Assembly (NCBI GenBank): GCA_963713825.1
Contig: CAVQNG010000003.1
Coordinates: 896,001-960,000 of the forward strand
Direction of reading: 5' to 3'
Length of the DNA: 64,000 bases
Source of the DNA: an uncultured Acidobacteriota bacterium
GTDB lineage: Bacteria > Acidobacteriota > Thermoanaerobaculia > Multivoradales > JAHEKO01
Shown here: positions 21,901 to 32,913 of the stretch, in pieces
Layout: every line of letters begins with the position of its first letter
Position numbering within the stretch: position 1 is the first letter of the stretch
The notes under the pieces: generated by a model
What the model was told of the DNA's origin: nothing
The model's database searches: none
What the model saw: only the letters and a program-made list of their open reading frames with translations
Program-made: the position numbers and the translations under genes

Positions 21901-23154
21901 CTACTCCTTGAATACCGGTTCGTAGTCGGTGCCGTACATCTCGTTGATCTCGTCGTAGATCGGTCCCACGACCTCCGGAAAGCCCAGCGCGCCGGAGATG
22001 GTGAAGTCCGAGAAAGGAATCGCACTTGGACGTGTCCGGAGCGTATTCTTGTTCTTGAGCGGCGGGCTGGGCCAGATCTCCTCGTCGATGACCGACATCC
22101 GGACCCGGATATCGTCCTTGGTCACATTCCAGACCATGTAATCCACGGCCAGGGCGAGCGGCCCGTCATAGGTCTTGCGCACCCTGTTCCGGACCTCGGG
22201 CTCAATGTCGAAGTCATTGTAGAAGTGGTAGCCGACAGCCAGACGAGGCTTAACCAGCGACATCACCTTGCCGAACTGCTCTGGCGAGGTGTGCCCCTGC
22301 GTGCCGACGGTCAACGCTTCCAGCGGAGCGAAACCCTGCTTGGTGACCAGAAGCGTCGGTGGCAGGAAGCACTCATGGATAGCGATGTCCGCACCCTTAG
22401 CGTATTCGTTGTACCACTTGTTGGGAGGTGTCGCTGCCGTAGACAAACTTCATGTCCGTTCCACTCCAGGATGAAGCTCACCGCGCCATCCAGGCCGTGA
22501 ATCGCTGGAATACTGCGGATCGACCACGCCGTTCTCGTCGTAAATGACCTCGTTGATACCGTCGAAGGGGAATTCATGGACTTCCAGTTTACCGCCACGA
22601 AAGTCGATGACGCCGCGAGCGAGTGCCAATATCCCAGGTATACATCTCCTGCATCCGATCCATGGCGTACTGTGGTACCGTACTCTGGTTTGCCACCGCT
22701 CGGTCCCCAGATGCGCAGCGGGGTAAGGCGGTTCATAGTCGTACCACCGAGCCAGAAAGTGGGCAGATCGCCCATAGTGGTCCACATGCAGGTGGCCGAT
22801 GAAGACCTTGTCCAGAAAGTCGTAGGGGATCTTCATTGCGCCGCGATCCGCTCGTGAGCAACCAGCTACCGATGTCGAAGAGGAATTTATCACCATTGCC
22901 CAGTTCGACCAGGAAGCAGGCGGCCGCCTGCTTGGGTCGGGCGCTGGGCATGCCGGTGCCACAGGGCCATGATTCGCATCTCGTCTGGTGCCAAGTCCTC
23001 GGTACCCGGAAAATAGACATCCCGATCCGAAAGCGCCTTCACGGGATCTGAGGTTTCTTTCGCGGGAGTTGCCGCGACCAGTGAGATAAGTCCCACGGTA
23101 AAAAAGGGCCACTCCAATGGCGAAGCCAGACAGAAGTGTGAATCGTCTCTTCAT
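21901..23154 (-). CDS. Second exported GntH-like/RNase Z-like MBL-fold hydrolase; multiple frameshifts
   Basis: Fragments MKRRFTLL (signal), YFPGTEDLAPDEMRI, CGTGMP, FLVELGNGDKFLFDIG, GHLHVDH, IHECF, GHTSP, GYHF across ORFs 21901-23196. Confidence 0.78.
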
Positions 23155-23350
23155 GTTCGGTCTCCTCAGTGGAAGTTGGCAACCCTCAGTCCACACTACC
23201 GCGCTGGTTTCTCTGGCATAGAGGCGTCTCTAGCGCGAAGAGAGTGGCAACTGAGAGTTCGACCTGCCGGTCAGCAGCGGTTTACATTGCCGGTATTGTC
23301 GTAGAATATGTGCAGCCAGCGACATCAAGAATCGGCACGAGTGCCCGAGG

Positions 23351-24322
23351 ATGGCAGATCTCATCGAGCAACAGCCCCCGCCATTTCACCTGAAGGCGAA
23401 ATTTCACGACTTCGATGAGATCGCTGAAACGGTCGAGGGCTGGGACCTCGACTGGCAGCAACTCGACCGGGGTCGGCTCGAGGCCACCGTGCAGCAAAGC
23501 GGCTCTTCGTCTTGGCTTCTCACCCGGGTCAGCTTCAGTCGCCAGTTCCACCAGCGAGGGGGAACTCCACCCGGTTTCCTCACCTTTGGAATTCCAGGGC
23601 GGGCCGTCGAAGAGATCAACTGGTGTGGTCAGAGTGCCGACGGCAGCAACTTGATGGCTTTCCGTCCGGGCGGCGAGTACGAGTCGATGTCTCGGCCCGG
23701 CTTTCGAGCCAACACCTTCTCGTTCTCGGAAGACCTGTTGGATGATGTCGCCCGCTCTCTCGACCTGCCTCGAGTCCAGAGGCTGCTAAGCGGTTCCCAC
23801 CAGGTGTTCGTCTGTGATCCGGTGCTCTTGGCGAGGATGAGAGAAAAGCTACAGGCGATTCTTCACACCGCGGCTGGTGACCCCTCCTCTCTATCGAAAC
23901 CCGAGTATCAACGCGAGATCGAGATCGAGTTGCCGAAACTACTCCTACAGACTGTCACGAGGGGAGAGGAGAGTCAGCGTAGGCGGTCGTCTGCAGTGCG
24001 AAGCAGGGCAACCCGACAAGCCCTGGCCTTGATTGCCGAGGTGTCGGAGGAGCCTCTGACCGTGCAGGAGATCTGCAACGCAGTTGGTGTCAGTGAACGA
24101 ACGCTTCGCTATTCGTTTCGCGAGCAGCTCGACGTCAGTCCCAAGCAGTATCTGCAATCGGTACGTCTGAACGGTGTGCGCCGCGATCTGTTGCGCTCGG
24201 AGGAGAGCGTTCAGATCACGGACGTCGCCAACCGATGGGGCTTCTGGCATATGGGACAGTTTGCCGCCGACTATCGCCGCCAGTTCGGTGAGCTGCCGTC
24301 AGAAATCGTCACTTCCCGCTAA
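23351..24322 (+). CDS. AraC-family regulator (EutR-like)
   Basis: WDLDWQQLDRG N-domain; GVSERTL, WGFWHMGQFAADYRRQFGELPS HTH motifs. Confidence 0.9.
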   Translation: MADLIEQQPPPFHLKAKFHDFDEIAETVEGWDLDWQQLDRGRLEATVQQSGSSSWLLTRVSFSRQFHQRGGTPPGFLTFGIPGRAVEEINWCGQSADGSNLMAFRPGGEYESMSRPGFRANTFSFSEDLLDDVARSLDLPRVQRLLSGSHQVFVCDPVLLARMREKLQAILHTAAGDPSSLSKPEYQREIEIELPKLLLQTVTRGEESQRRRSSAVRSRATRQALALIAEVSEEPLTVQEICNAVGVSERTLRYSFREQLDVSPKQYLQSVRLNGVRRDLLRSEESVQITDVANRWGFWHMGQFAADYRRQFGELPSEIVTSR

Positions 24323-24583
24323 CCTCCCCCTGATCGACAGTTCGCCGGGTCGCGTCAGAATCGGCTGGCACCTCGAAAATGAAGCAGGTGGAGCGACCAG
24401 CTCCTCATTGCCTCGTTACGGCAATTCGAGTGGAGCAGAAGATCCATTTGACAACGAAAACGACGGCGACAATGCGATGCTTGAGCGATTCCACGAATCG
24501 GCTGGCACGCCTGAGTTGGGAAGTCGCTCGAGCAAGAAGGTGCCGGTAGAACACGTCCTATGTTGTGGAGGGAGAGCTTAAGC

Positions 24584-24602
24584 AGCACTAAAGTGCTATA
24601 GT
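24584..24602 (+). promoter_or_regulatory. Extended -10 promoter with overlapping operator, third TA pair
   Basis: AGCACT-AA-AGTGCT palindrome (24584-24597); TG-C-TATAGT extended -10 ending 6 bp before ATG 24609. Confidence 0.6.
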
Positions 24603-24608
24603 GCTTCT

Positions 24609-24890
24609 ATGGCACCCGCGTTCAAGCAGGTCCGAGTCAACATCTACCTGGATGATCCCGACATGAAACGCGAGATCAAGATCGCTGCTGCCAATCGCGG
24701 AGTCACACAGAGCGCGTATTGTGTTCAAGCGATTCGGCAGCGGTTGGAGAGAGAGCGCATCGTTGAAACGGCGTCGGACGCGAAACATCGACGGCGAGAG
24801 GTTGCGGAGGCCCTCGACCAACTGCAGGCCGAGATCGGGCCCGTGGGGATTCCCGTTCGAGAATTGATCGACGAAGGCAGGCGAGGGTGA
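24609..24890 (+). CDS. Putative antitoxin (RHH-like)
   Basis: Small ORF overlapping the PIN gene by GTGA; C-terminal ELIDEGRR typical of VapB-like antitoxins. Confidence 0.75.
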   Translation: MAPAFKQVRVNIYLDDPDMKREIKIAAANRGVTQSAYCVQAIRQRLERERIVETASDAKHRRREVAEALDQLQAEIGPVGIPVRELIDEGRRG

Positions 24891-25342
24891 ACGAATCGAG
24901 CCGAGAGTCCAGATATCTGGTAGTGGACGCCAGTGTCTCTCTGAAATGGGTCCTGGACGATGAAGACGGCGTGGCTCCGTCGATTGAGCTGAGGAATGAG
25001 GCGGTTAGGGGCCAGGTGCAGATGGTGGCCCCTTCCCTTTGGATGTACGAAGTGACGAATGCACTTGTCGTTGCCTATTTGAAGGGCCGAGTCGATCTTC
25101 AGCAAAGCGGTCGGGCGCTGGCACTCCTAAAGAATCAAGGAGTTCGTCTGGCGGATCCTGAACCGATGGACTGCCTCGAGATCGCTACGAGCTTCGAGAT
25201 CAGCGGCTACGACGCGGCCTATCTTGCGCTCGCCGAAACACTGGAGACGGAGCTCTGGACGGGTGATCGACGCCTCTACGAGAAAGTCCGTGGCCGATCG
25301 GAGCGCGTTCGCTGGATCGGGGACTACAGCACAGTCGAGTGA
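24887..25342 (+). CDS. vapC: PIN-domain toxin (VapC family)
   Basis: VVDASVSLKW, YEVTNAL, YDAAYLALA, LWTGD motifs. Confidence 0.9.
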   Translation: MNESSRESRYLVVDASVSLKWVLDDEDGVAPSIELRNEAVRGQVQMVAPSLWMYEVTNALVVAYLKGRVDLQQSGRALALLKNQGVRLADPEPMDCLEIATSFEISGYDAAYLALAETLETELWTGDRRLYEKVRGRSERVRWIGDYSTVE

Positions 25343-25363
25343 GACGGCCTACAGAAACAATGC

Positions 25364-25388
25364 GGGCGGGGACAAGCCCCGCCCCTAC
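25364..25388 (-). repeat. GTAG-family REP-like palindrome
   Basis: Minus strand reads GTAGGGGCGGGGCTTGTCCCCGCCC; a 22/25 match lies at 31660-31684. Confidence 0.7.
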
Positions 25389-25407
25389 CGTCGCACCGGA
25401 ATAGCAA

Positions 25408-25431
25408 ACGGCCGGCGATATCGCCGGCCGT
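25408..25431 (-). terminator. Perfect 24-bp palindrome, likely terminator of the fad operon
   Basis: ACGGCCGGCGATATCGCCGGCCGT followed by T residues on the minus strand, 32 bp after the fadN stop. Confidence 0.65.
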
Positions 25432-25462
25432 CTCGTCCCCTAGGCCCTTAAGCCCCCACGCC

Positions 25463-27809
25463 CTAGTTCCGTAGCGGCTTGCCCGTCTTCAGCATGTGGG
25501 CCATGCGGGCCTGTGACATCTCCTCCCCCGCCAGGCTGACGAAGACCTCTCGCTCCAGATCCAGCAGGTACTGCTCGTCGATCGGCTCTTTGCCGCCGCC
25601 GCGACTGCCGCCCGTCAGCACGTGGGCCAGCCCGTTGGCGATATGCGCGTCGTGCTTCGAAATCTTGCCAGCCAGCTTGTAGCCGGTAATGGCGCTCTTG
25701 ATGGCCAACTTGCCGCCGGTGCCGGGGAGCTTCAGCTCGGGGGGCTCCGGTGGCAGGTAGTCGTCGGTCGCCAGCGTCAGCACCACCTCTTTGGCCAGTC
25801 CGATCTGGTGATCACGAGACAGCACGATGAGGTTGTCCTCGCGAAGATAGCCGAGCTCTTTGGCCTCCTCGGCCGAGCCCGAGATCCTGGCGAAACCAAT
25901 GGTCTCGAAGGCCTTCTGAACGGGTGCCATGGGCCCCAGCTTGGCAGCCGGCATCTTCTCTAGAAAGTGTTCGAGAACCCGCAAGTTACCTCCGGCTCCA
26001 GGAATGAGCCCAACTCCCACCTCGACCGCGCCGCAGTAGAGCTCTGCAAGAGCGACGATCTGGCGGCAGGGAGCGATCATCTCGAAACCACCACCCAGGG
26101 TCAGGCTGAAGGGTGCGGCCACGACAGGGAAAGGCGCGTACTTGATGAACTGCCCGAGATCCTGGAAGGCCTTGGAGACCTGGTCGAGCACGTCGAACTG
26201 CTTGCTCCTGGCCAGCTCGAGAATCAGGGCCAGATTGGCGCCGGCACAGAAGTGGGTCCCCTGATGGGAGAGCACGAGACCCTTCATCCCTTCGCTCTGG
26301 GCTACTTGCAGGGACTGCTGCAGGATGTCCAGGATGCCGCCGTCGATGGGGTTGAGCTCCGGCTGCAGGGCGGAGTGGAACTCCACGCAACCCACACCGT
26401 CACCGAGATCGATCAGGGAGGCGCTCCAGTTGCGCAACAGCTCTCGCCCACGGGCTCTCTCGTCGGCCAGCACGATGACCCCGGGCTCCAAGGCCTGGGG
26501 TTGCAGGGCCTTGGAGTCGAGATCGAAGAACTGTGGTTCGCCAGCTTCGTCGCGCTCGTAGAAGGAAGTGGCGCCACTCGCGAGAAGGTCCTTCACGAAG
26601 GCGGGAATGGGCTTGCCTTCGTGCTTCATCCGGCCGAGCGGATTTCTCGACACCGATGGCGTCCCAGGTCTCGAACGGACCCATCTCCCAACCGAATCCC
26701 CAACGCATGGCGCGGTCGATCTCGACGATGTCGTCGGCGATCTCACCCACCCGGTTGGCGGCGTAGGCCAGCACACCGATGGTCAGCTCCCAGGCGAACT
26801 CGCCGGCCGCGTCGGGGTTGTAGACCAGGGCGTGGAGCTTCTTGCCCAGATCGGTGAACCGCCGGGCCACCCCGATGCCGTCCATGCGGGGCTTGGTCTT
26901 CGGGTTGTACTCGAACGTATTGAAGTCGAGGGCGAAGATGTCCTTGCCCTCTTTCTTGTAAAAGCCCTGGCCGCTCTTCTGACCGAGCCAACCTTCGTCC
27001 AGCATCTTTGCCACCAAGGGAGGAATCGAGAAGCTGCCCCGCGATTCGTCGTCGGGACATTGGTCGTAGGCTGTCTTGGCGACGAAGGCCAGCGTGTCGA
27101 GGCCGACCAGGTCGGCGGTGCGATAGGTGGCCGACTTGGGACGCCCCATCACCGGTCCGGTGATGGCGTCGACCTGCTCCACCGACAATCGCATCTCCTC
27201 GGTGAGCTTGAGCGCCAGCATCATGCCGTAGATACCGATGCGGTTGGCGATGAAGTTGGGCGTGTCCTTGGCCTCGACCACGCCCTTGCCCAGCTTCTCG
27301 CTCAGAAAGGTCTTCATCCCGGCGTAGATCTCGGGATCGGTATCGACTCCCGGCACGAGCTCCACGAGGCGCATGTAGCGCGGCGGGTTGAAGAAGTGCG
27401 TGATGAGGAAGCGCTTCTTCAAGCTCTCATCCATGGTCTCCACCAGACTTGCCAGCGGCAGGCCGGAGGTGTTCGAGCTCAGGATGGCTTCGGGATTGAG
27501 ATGAGCCTGGAGCTTGCCATAAAGATCGAGCTTCCAATCGAGCCGCTCGGCGATGGCTTCGATGACCCAGTCACACTCGGCCACCAGCGGCAGGTGCTCC
27601 TCGTAGTTGCAGGGCTTGATCTTCTTGGCGAAGCGCTTGTGATAGAAGGCCGCCGGCTTGGCTTTGAGCGCTCCGGCGATACCTTTCTCGCTCAGCTCCT
27701 GATTCAGATCGAACAGCAGCACATCGAAACCGGCACTGGCAAAAAAGGCGGCCAGCTGGCTTCCCATGACTCCTGCTCCGCAGACGCCAATGGTGCGAAT
27801 CTCCGACAT
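25463..27809 (-). CDS. fadN: 3-hydroxyacyl-CoA dehydrogenase / enoyl-CoA hydratase (FadN-type), frameshift near 26640
   Basis: MSEIRTIGVCGAGVMG Rossmann motif, EAIAE, SSNTS, HFFNPPRYM, KDTPNFIANRIG; crotonase C-domain (FCAGANL, LGGGFE) ending TGKPLRN in ORF 25463-26776. Confidence 0.88.
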
Positions 27810-27811
27810 CC

Positions 27812-28949
<1,138 letters not shown>

Positions 28950-28957
28950 CTCCTGAT

Positions 28958-30778
28958 CTAAAAGCGGTAGCTACCGTGGTCGTATAGGTCGTCGGTCAGG
29001 GTATGAATCTCCTCAACCGGATCGAAGGGCAGGTGGAGGAGCGCGAGCTCACGATCGATGGCCTCGAGCGCCCTCCGACTGGTCGGGTTACCGAAGAGTG
29101 TGGGTCGCAGCCGGTAGACGAGGCGCCAGACGTTTTCGGTATAGGAGGCCACGATCAATCTTCTAAGTGCCCGGAAGGTGCTGTCGGCAAGCACCTCGTC
29201 GCCCTGTTGCAGCATTCGATTGATCGCCGCGGACGCTGCGAAGTACTGGATCGCGAGATCGGCCAGGTCCTCACCGACGATCTGGGCATTGCGCAGATCC
29301 TGGCCGTACAGAGAGATGGCCTCGAAGAGACATATCGTGGTCAGGCGCCGACCCGCGTCTAGGGCCTCGAGCCCCCAGCCGAGTCCGCCGGAGCTCGGAG
29401 ACTGGGCCTTCTCCCAATCCCGGGCGGCATCTCGAAGCGGCAACTCCTCCATCAAGGCCTTGCGCAGGTAGTAGCCGTAGATCACCATGCGGTTGATCTC
29501 GTTGGTGCCCTCGAAAATGCGGTCGATCCGGGCGTCCCGATAGGCGCCCGCCATCGGATAGTCCTCAGAGTAGCCGTAGCCGCCGTAGATCTGCACTCCC
29601 TCGTCGGCGTGATAGGCCATCGTCTCCGAGCCGAGGATCTTGCTGATCGAGGCTTCGATGGCGTACTCCTCGAGCACCTTCATGATCTCTGCGGGATCGG
29701 CCTTCTTGTCGCCCAGCGTCGCGATGCGTTGATCGATCAAGCCCACGGTGCGGTAGATGGCCGCGTCGAGCATGTAGGTGCGCACCACCATCGATGCCAG
29801 CTTCTTGCGGATGGCCTCGAAGTAGGCGATGGGTTGGCCGAACTGGATCCGCTCGAGCGCGTACTGGGTCGCGTTCCCGATGACCAGCTTGCAGCCACCC
29901 AGGTCGGCGGCGCCCAGCTTGTAGCGGCCGATATTGAGTGCGTTGAGGGCGATCGGCATGCCGCCGCCCGGTTCGCCGAGGAGGTTCTCCTTCGGCACCA
30001 CGACACCGTCCAGGTTGAGCATGACGGTCGAGGAGCCCTTGATGCCGAGCTTGTGCTCCTCGGCCCCGGTGCTCAGGTTCTCGGCACCCCGTTCGACGAG
30101 AAAGGCCGTGACACCCGCACCTTCGAGATTGGCGAAGACGATGAAGAGATGGGCCCAGGCACCGTTGGTGATCCACATCTTGGTGCCGTTGAGGACAAAC
30201 GACTTGCCATCTTCGGTCAGCTTCGCTGTGGTTTTCAGAGCTGCCGCATCGGAGCCGCTGTCCGGCTCGGTCAGGGCGTAGGCTCCGAGGTATTCGACGG
30301 TGCCGAGCTTGGGCAGGTACTTCTTCTTCTGCTCCTCGGTGCCGAAGTAGGCGATCGGGATGGTGCCGATTCCGACGTGGCAGGAGAAGGTGACCACCCA
30401 GGAAGCCGAACCCCCGGTGGTCAGGGCCTCGACGACTAGTGCCGAGGTGGCTTTGTCGAGCTCCAACCCACCGTACTCTTCCGGGATGTCGATCGAGGTG
30501 AGCCCGAGCTCCCCGACCTCGCGCATGAGCTCCATGGTGAGCTCTTCGTTCGGCGCCTCGAGATCGTCCTTGACCTCGTCGATCCTCTGAGAGGCGAACT
30601 CGAGCACCATGCGCTCGATCTCCTGCTGCTCGTCTGAGAAGGCCTCTCGTGTGAAGATCGGCTGCACGACCGGGTCGAGCAGAAACGCCCCGCCTCTGGG
30701 TGGTCCCGCGGGCGCGGCCTCACCAGAAGCCTGGCTCATCTCCGGCTCGGCTTGAGTCCTGGGTTTCGACGTCGTCAT
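28958..30778 (-). CDS. fadE: Acyl-CoA dehydrogenase (FadE-type)
   Basis: AYALTEPDSGSDA, LNGTKMWITN, KLGIKGSST, QIYGGYGY, RIFEGTNEINR; start MTTSKP at 30778. Confidence 0.92.
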   Translation of the reverse strand: MTTSKPRTQAEPEMSQASGEAAPAGPPRGGAFLLDPVVQPIFTREAFSDEQQEIERMVLEFASQRIDEVKDDLEAPNEELTMELMREVGELGLTSIDIPEEYGGLELDKATSALVVEALTTGGSASWVVTFSCHVGIGTIPIAYFGTEEQKKKYLPKLGTVEYLGAYALTEPDSGSDAAALKTTAKLTEDGKSFVLNGTKMWITNGAWAHLFIVFANLEGAGVTAFLVERGAENLSTGAEEHKLGIKGSSTVMLNLDGVVVPKENLLGEPGGGMPIALNALNIGRYKLGAADLGGCKLVIGNATQYALERIQFGQPIAYFEAIRKKLASMVVRTYMLDAAIYRTVGLIDQRIATLGDKKADPAEIMKVLEEYAIEASISKILGSETMAYHADEGVQIYGGYGYSEDYPMAGAYRDARIDRIFEGTNEINRMVIYGYYLRKALMEELPLRDAARDWEKAQSPSSGGLGWGLEALDAGRRLTTICLFEAISLYGQDLRNAQIVGEDLADLAIQYFAASAAINRMLQQGDEVLADSTFRALRRLIVASYTENVWRLVYRLRPTLFGNPTSRRALEAIDRELALLHLPFDPVEEIHTLTDDLYDHGSYRF

Positions 30779-31046
30779 GAGATCCCCTTTCCTCGAGAGC
30801 CCTGCGCTGCGATGCGGCAAGGCTCCGTGGGTGGTGCAATCGAAGTCCTGAAGCTACAAAGACACCCCAATTTGCGGTTCAACCGCCGCTTCGATCGTCA
30901 TCAGCGTGAGTGGCGACCGCGGTCGCGTTCTTACTACTTGAGCCGCGGTGCGTCAATCAGTATAGCAGTTTTTGCTGCACTGCGGCAGAGATCCTTCGAG
31001 GCTCGGGTTGTGGGACAATGGTGGCTAGCGGAAGGAGGTAGACCTC

Positions 31047-31523
31047 GTGAGACTGATAACCGCAGGAGACCTGATGAACCCAGAGGTTCTCACGGTGCGA
31101 GAGGACATGAGCGTGCGCGCCTTGGCGAGCTTCCTGGTGGACAACGAGATTACCGGAGCGCCGGTGGAGGATCTCTCCGGCAAGCTGGTCGGTGTCGTCT
31201 CTCTGGTGGATATCGCTTCGGTAGCTTCGGACTCCGGAGGCGTGGCGTCGGATCAGTCGAACCCGGACTTTTTCGTGCGGGGCTGGGAGGACAAGATCGA
31301 TCTGGAGGAGATGATCGACTTTCGCGTCGACAACGAGAATCTGAAGGTCGAGGAGATCATGACCCCCACGATCTACTCGGTGTCCGAAGACACCACCGTC
31401 TCGGATATCGCCACGATGATGCTGAAGGGTCACCTCCACAGGCTGTTGGTGACCCGCGACGAGAAACCTGTCGGCATCGTCTCCACCTCCGATTTGCTCG
31501 GGCTGCTTATCGAAGGCAAGTAG
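31047..31523 (+). CDS. CBS domain pair protein
   Basis: Two CBS repeats (DLMNPEV..ITGAPV..LVGVVS; EIMTP..HRLLV..VGIVS). Confidence 0.88.
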   Translation: MRLITAGDLMNPEVLTVREDMSVRALASFLVDNEITGAPVEDLSGKLVGVVSLVDIASVASDSGGVASDQSNPDFFVRGWEDKIDLEEMIDFRVDNENLKVEEIMTPTIYSVSEDTTVSDIATMMLKGHLHRLLVTRDEKPVGIVSTSDLLGLLIEGK

Positions 31524-31659
31524 GCACCGCCCACCCACCCGCCCTGGGGGTTGAGGCGGCCGTCGTACCTCCGGCCGGCCTTTGAGGGCTTGGGGCTTGA
31601 AGTGGCCGGCGCCCCTGCCGGCCGTTCGTTGAAACAGTGAGAAGATAGCTTCGAGAAAT

Positions 31660-31684
31660 GTAGGGGAGGGGCTTGCGCCCGCCC
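31660..31684 (+). repeat. GTAG-family REP-like palindrome
   Basis: GTAGGGGAGGGGCTTGCGCCCGCCC, 22/25 identical to the reverse complement of 25364-25388. Confidence 0.65.
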
Positions 31685-31704
31685 GTGTGCGAGAGAAGGA
31701 TCCA

Positions 31705-32913
31705 ATGTCCACAATGGACCGCATCCCAGAGACAGACTTCGAGAAGCGGCTGCAGTTCGAAAGCCTGCTCGCCGACCTGACGGCGCGGTTCGTCAGCCTG
31801 CCACCGGCGAAAGTCCATGAGGAGATCGCCGTTGCGCTGCGTAAGCTCTGCGACTTCCTGGAAATCGATCGCTCGACGATCTGGGAGTTCGATGCCGAAG
31901 ATGAGGCTGCGGCCCAACTCAGGTATGCCTATCAGGTGAGTGAAGGGCCGCCCCTTCCAGAGGTAGCGAACGCGACCGACCTCTTCCCGTGGTTCAACAA
32001 ACAAGCTCGCCGCGGCGAGGCGGTCGTTCTGGAGCGGTTGGACGAGTTGCCTGAAGAGGCTTCCGTCGACAGGGAGAACCTTCAGGTGTTCCGCGCGAAG
32101 TCTGTGGTGGTTCTTCCTCTTCAGGTGGGTGGCGAGGCCGTTGGAATTGTCAGCTTCGCCACGATTCATCGCGAGAAGGCCTGGGCAGAACCGATCGTTA
32201 CTCGCCTCAAGCTCCTGGCACAGGTGTTCGCCCACGCGATCGATCGGCGGCACGCAGACCTGGCGCTACGGAACTTGAGCGGGCGACTGATTCGTGCGCA
32301 CGAGGAGGAGCGGGCGCGTTTGGCGCGGGAGCTTCACGACGATCTGACGCAGCGACTTGCGCGGATCGCGATCGACCTGGGGCGCCTCGACCTAGTCGAA
32401 GACGAGGGCGCGAAGGCTGACGAAATGCGCGCGGTGCGCGACGGACTGTCCCGCCTGAGCGAGGACGTGCATACCCTGGCCTACCGGCTGCACCCGACGA
32501 TCGTCGAGGATCTCGGCTTGGTCGAGGCGCTGAGATCGGAGTGCGAGCGGTTGGCGCGCCAGGAGTCGATCGGCATCCAGGAGAAGCTGGGCCAGACTTC
32601 CGGTCCCATCCCGCGGGAGACTTCGCTTTGCCTGTTCCGTGTCGCACAGGAGTGTCTTCGTAACGTCGCTCGTCATGCGCGGGCCGGCGGAGTCGTTGTT
32701 TCTCTGAGCGAGCTGGATGGAGGGCTTCAGCTCGCCGTTCACGACGATGGCGTCGGCTTCGATCTCGCAGCGCACCGCGAGAGAGGGCACCTCGGCATAG
32801 CGAGCATGCACGAGCGGGTGAGCCTGCTGGGGGGCAGGCTCGAGTTCGACAGCGCACCCGGGAAGGGCACCACTGTGTATGCCTGGGTGCCCAGAACGGA
32901 GATCTCGTCATGA
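31705..32913 (+). CDS. Soluble GAF-domain sensor histidine kinase (HisKA_3, NarX/NreB-like)
   Basis: GAF-like N-domain, no TM helix; EERARLARELHDDLTQ H-box, QECLRNVARHA, DDGVGF, HLGIASMHERV, GKGTTV. Confidence 0.92.
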   Translation: MSTMDRIPETDFEKRLQFESLLADLTARFVSLPPAKVHEEIAVALRKLCDFLEIDRSTIWEFDAEDEAAAQLRYAYQVSEGPPLPEVANATDLFPWFNKQARRGEAVVLERLDELPEEASVDRENLQVFRAKSVVVLPLQVGGEAVGIVSFATIHREKAWAEPIVTRLKLLAQVFAHAIDRRHADLALRNLSGRLIRAHEEERARLARELHDDLTQRLARIAIDLGRLDLVEDEGAKADEMRAVRDGLSRLSEDVHTLAYRLHPTIVEDLGLVEALRSECERLARQESIGIQEKLGQTSGPIPRETSLCLFRVAQECLRNVARHARAGGVVVSLSELDGGLQLAVHDDGVGFDLAAHRERGHLGIASMHERVSLLGGRLEFDSAPGKGTTVYAWVPRTEISS

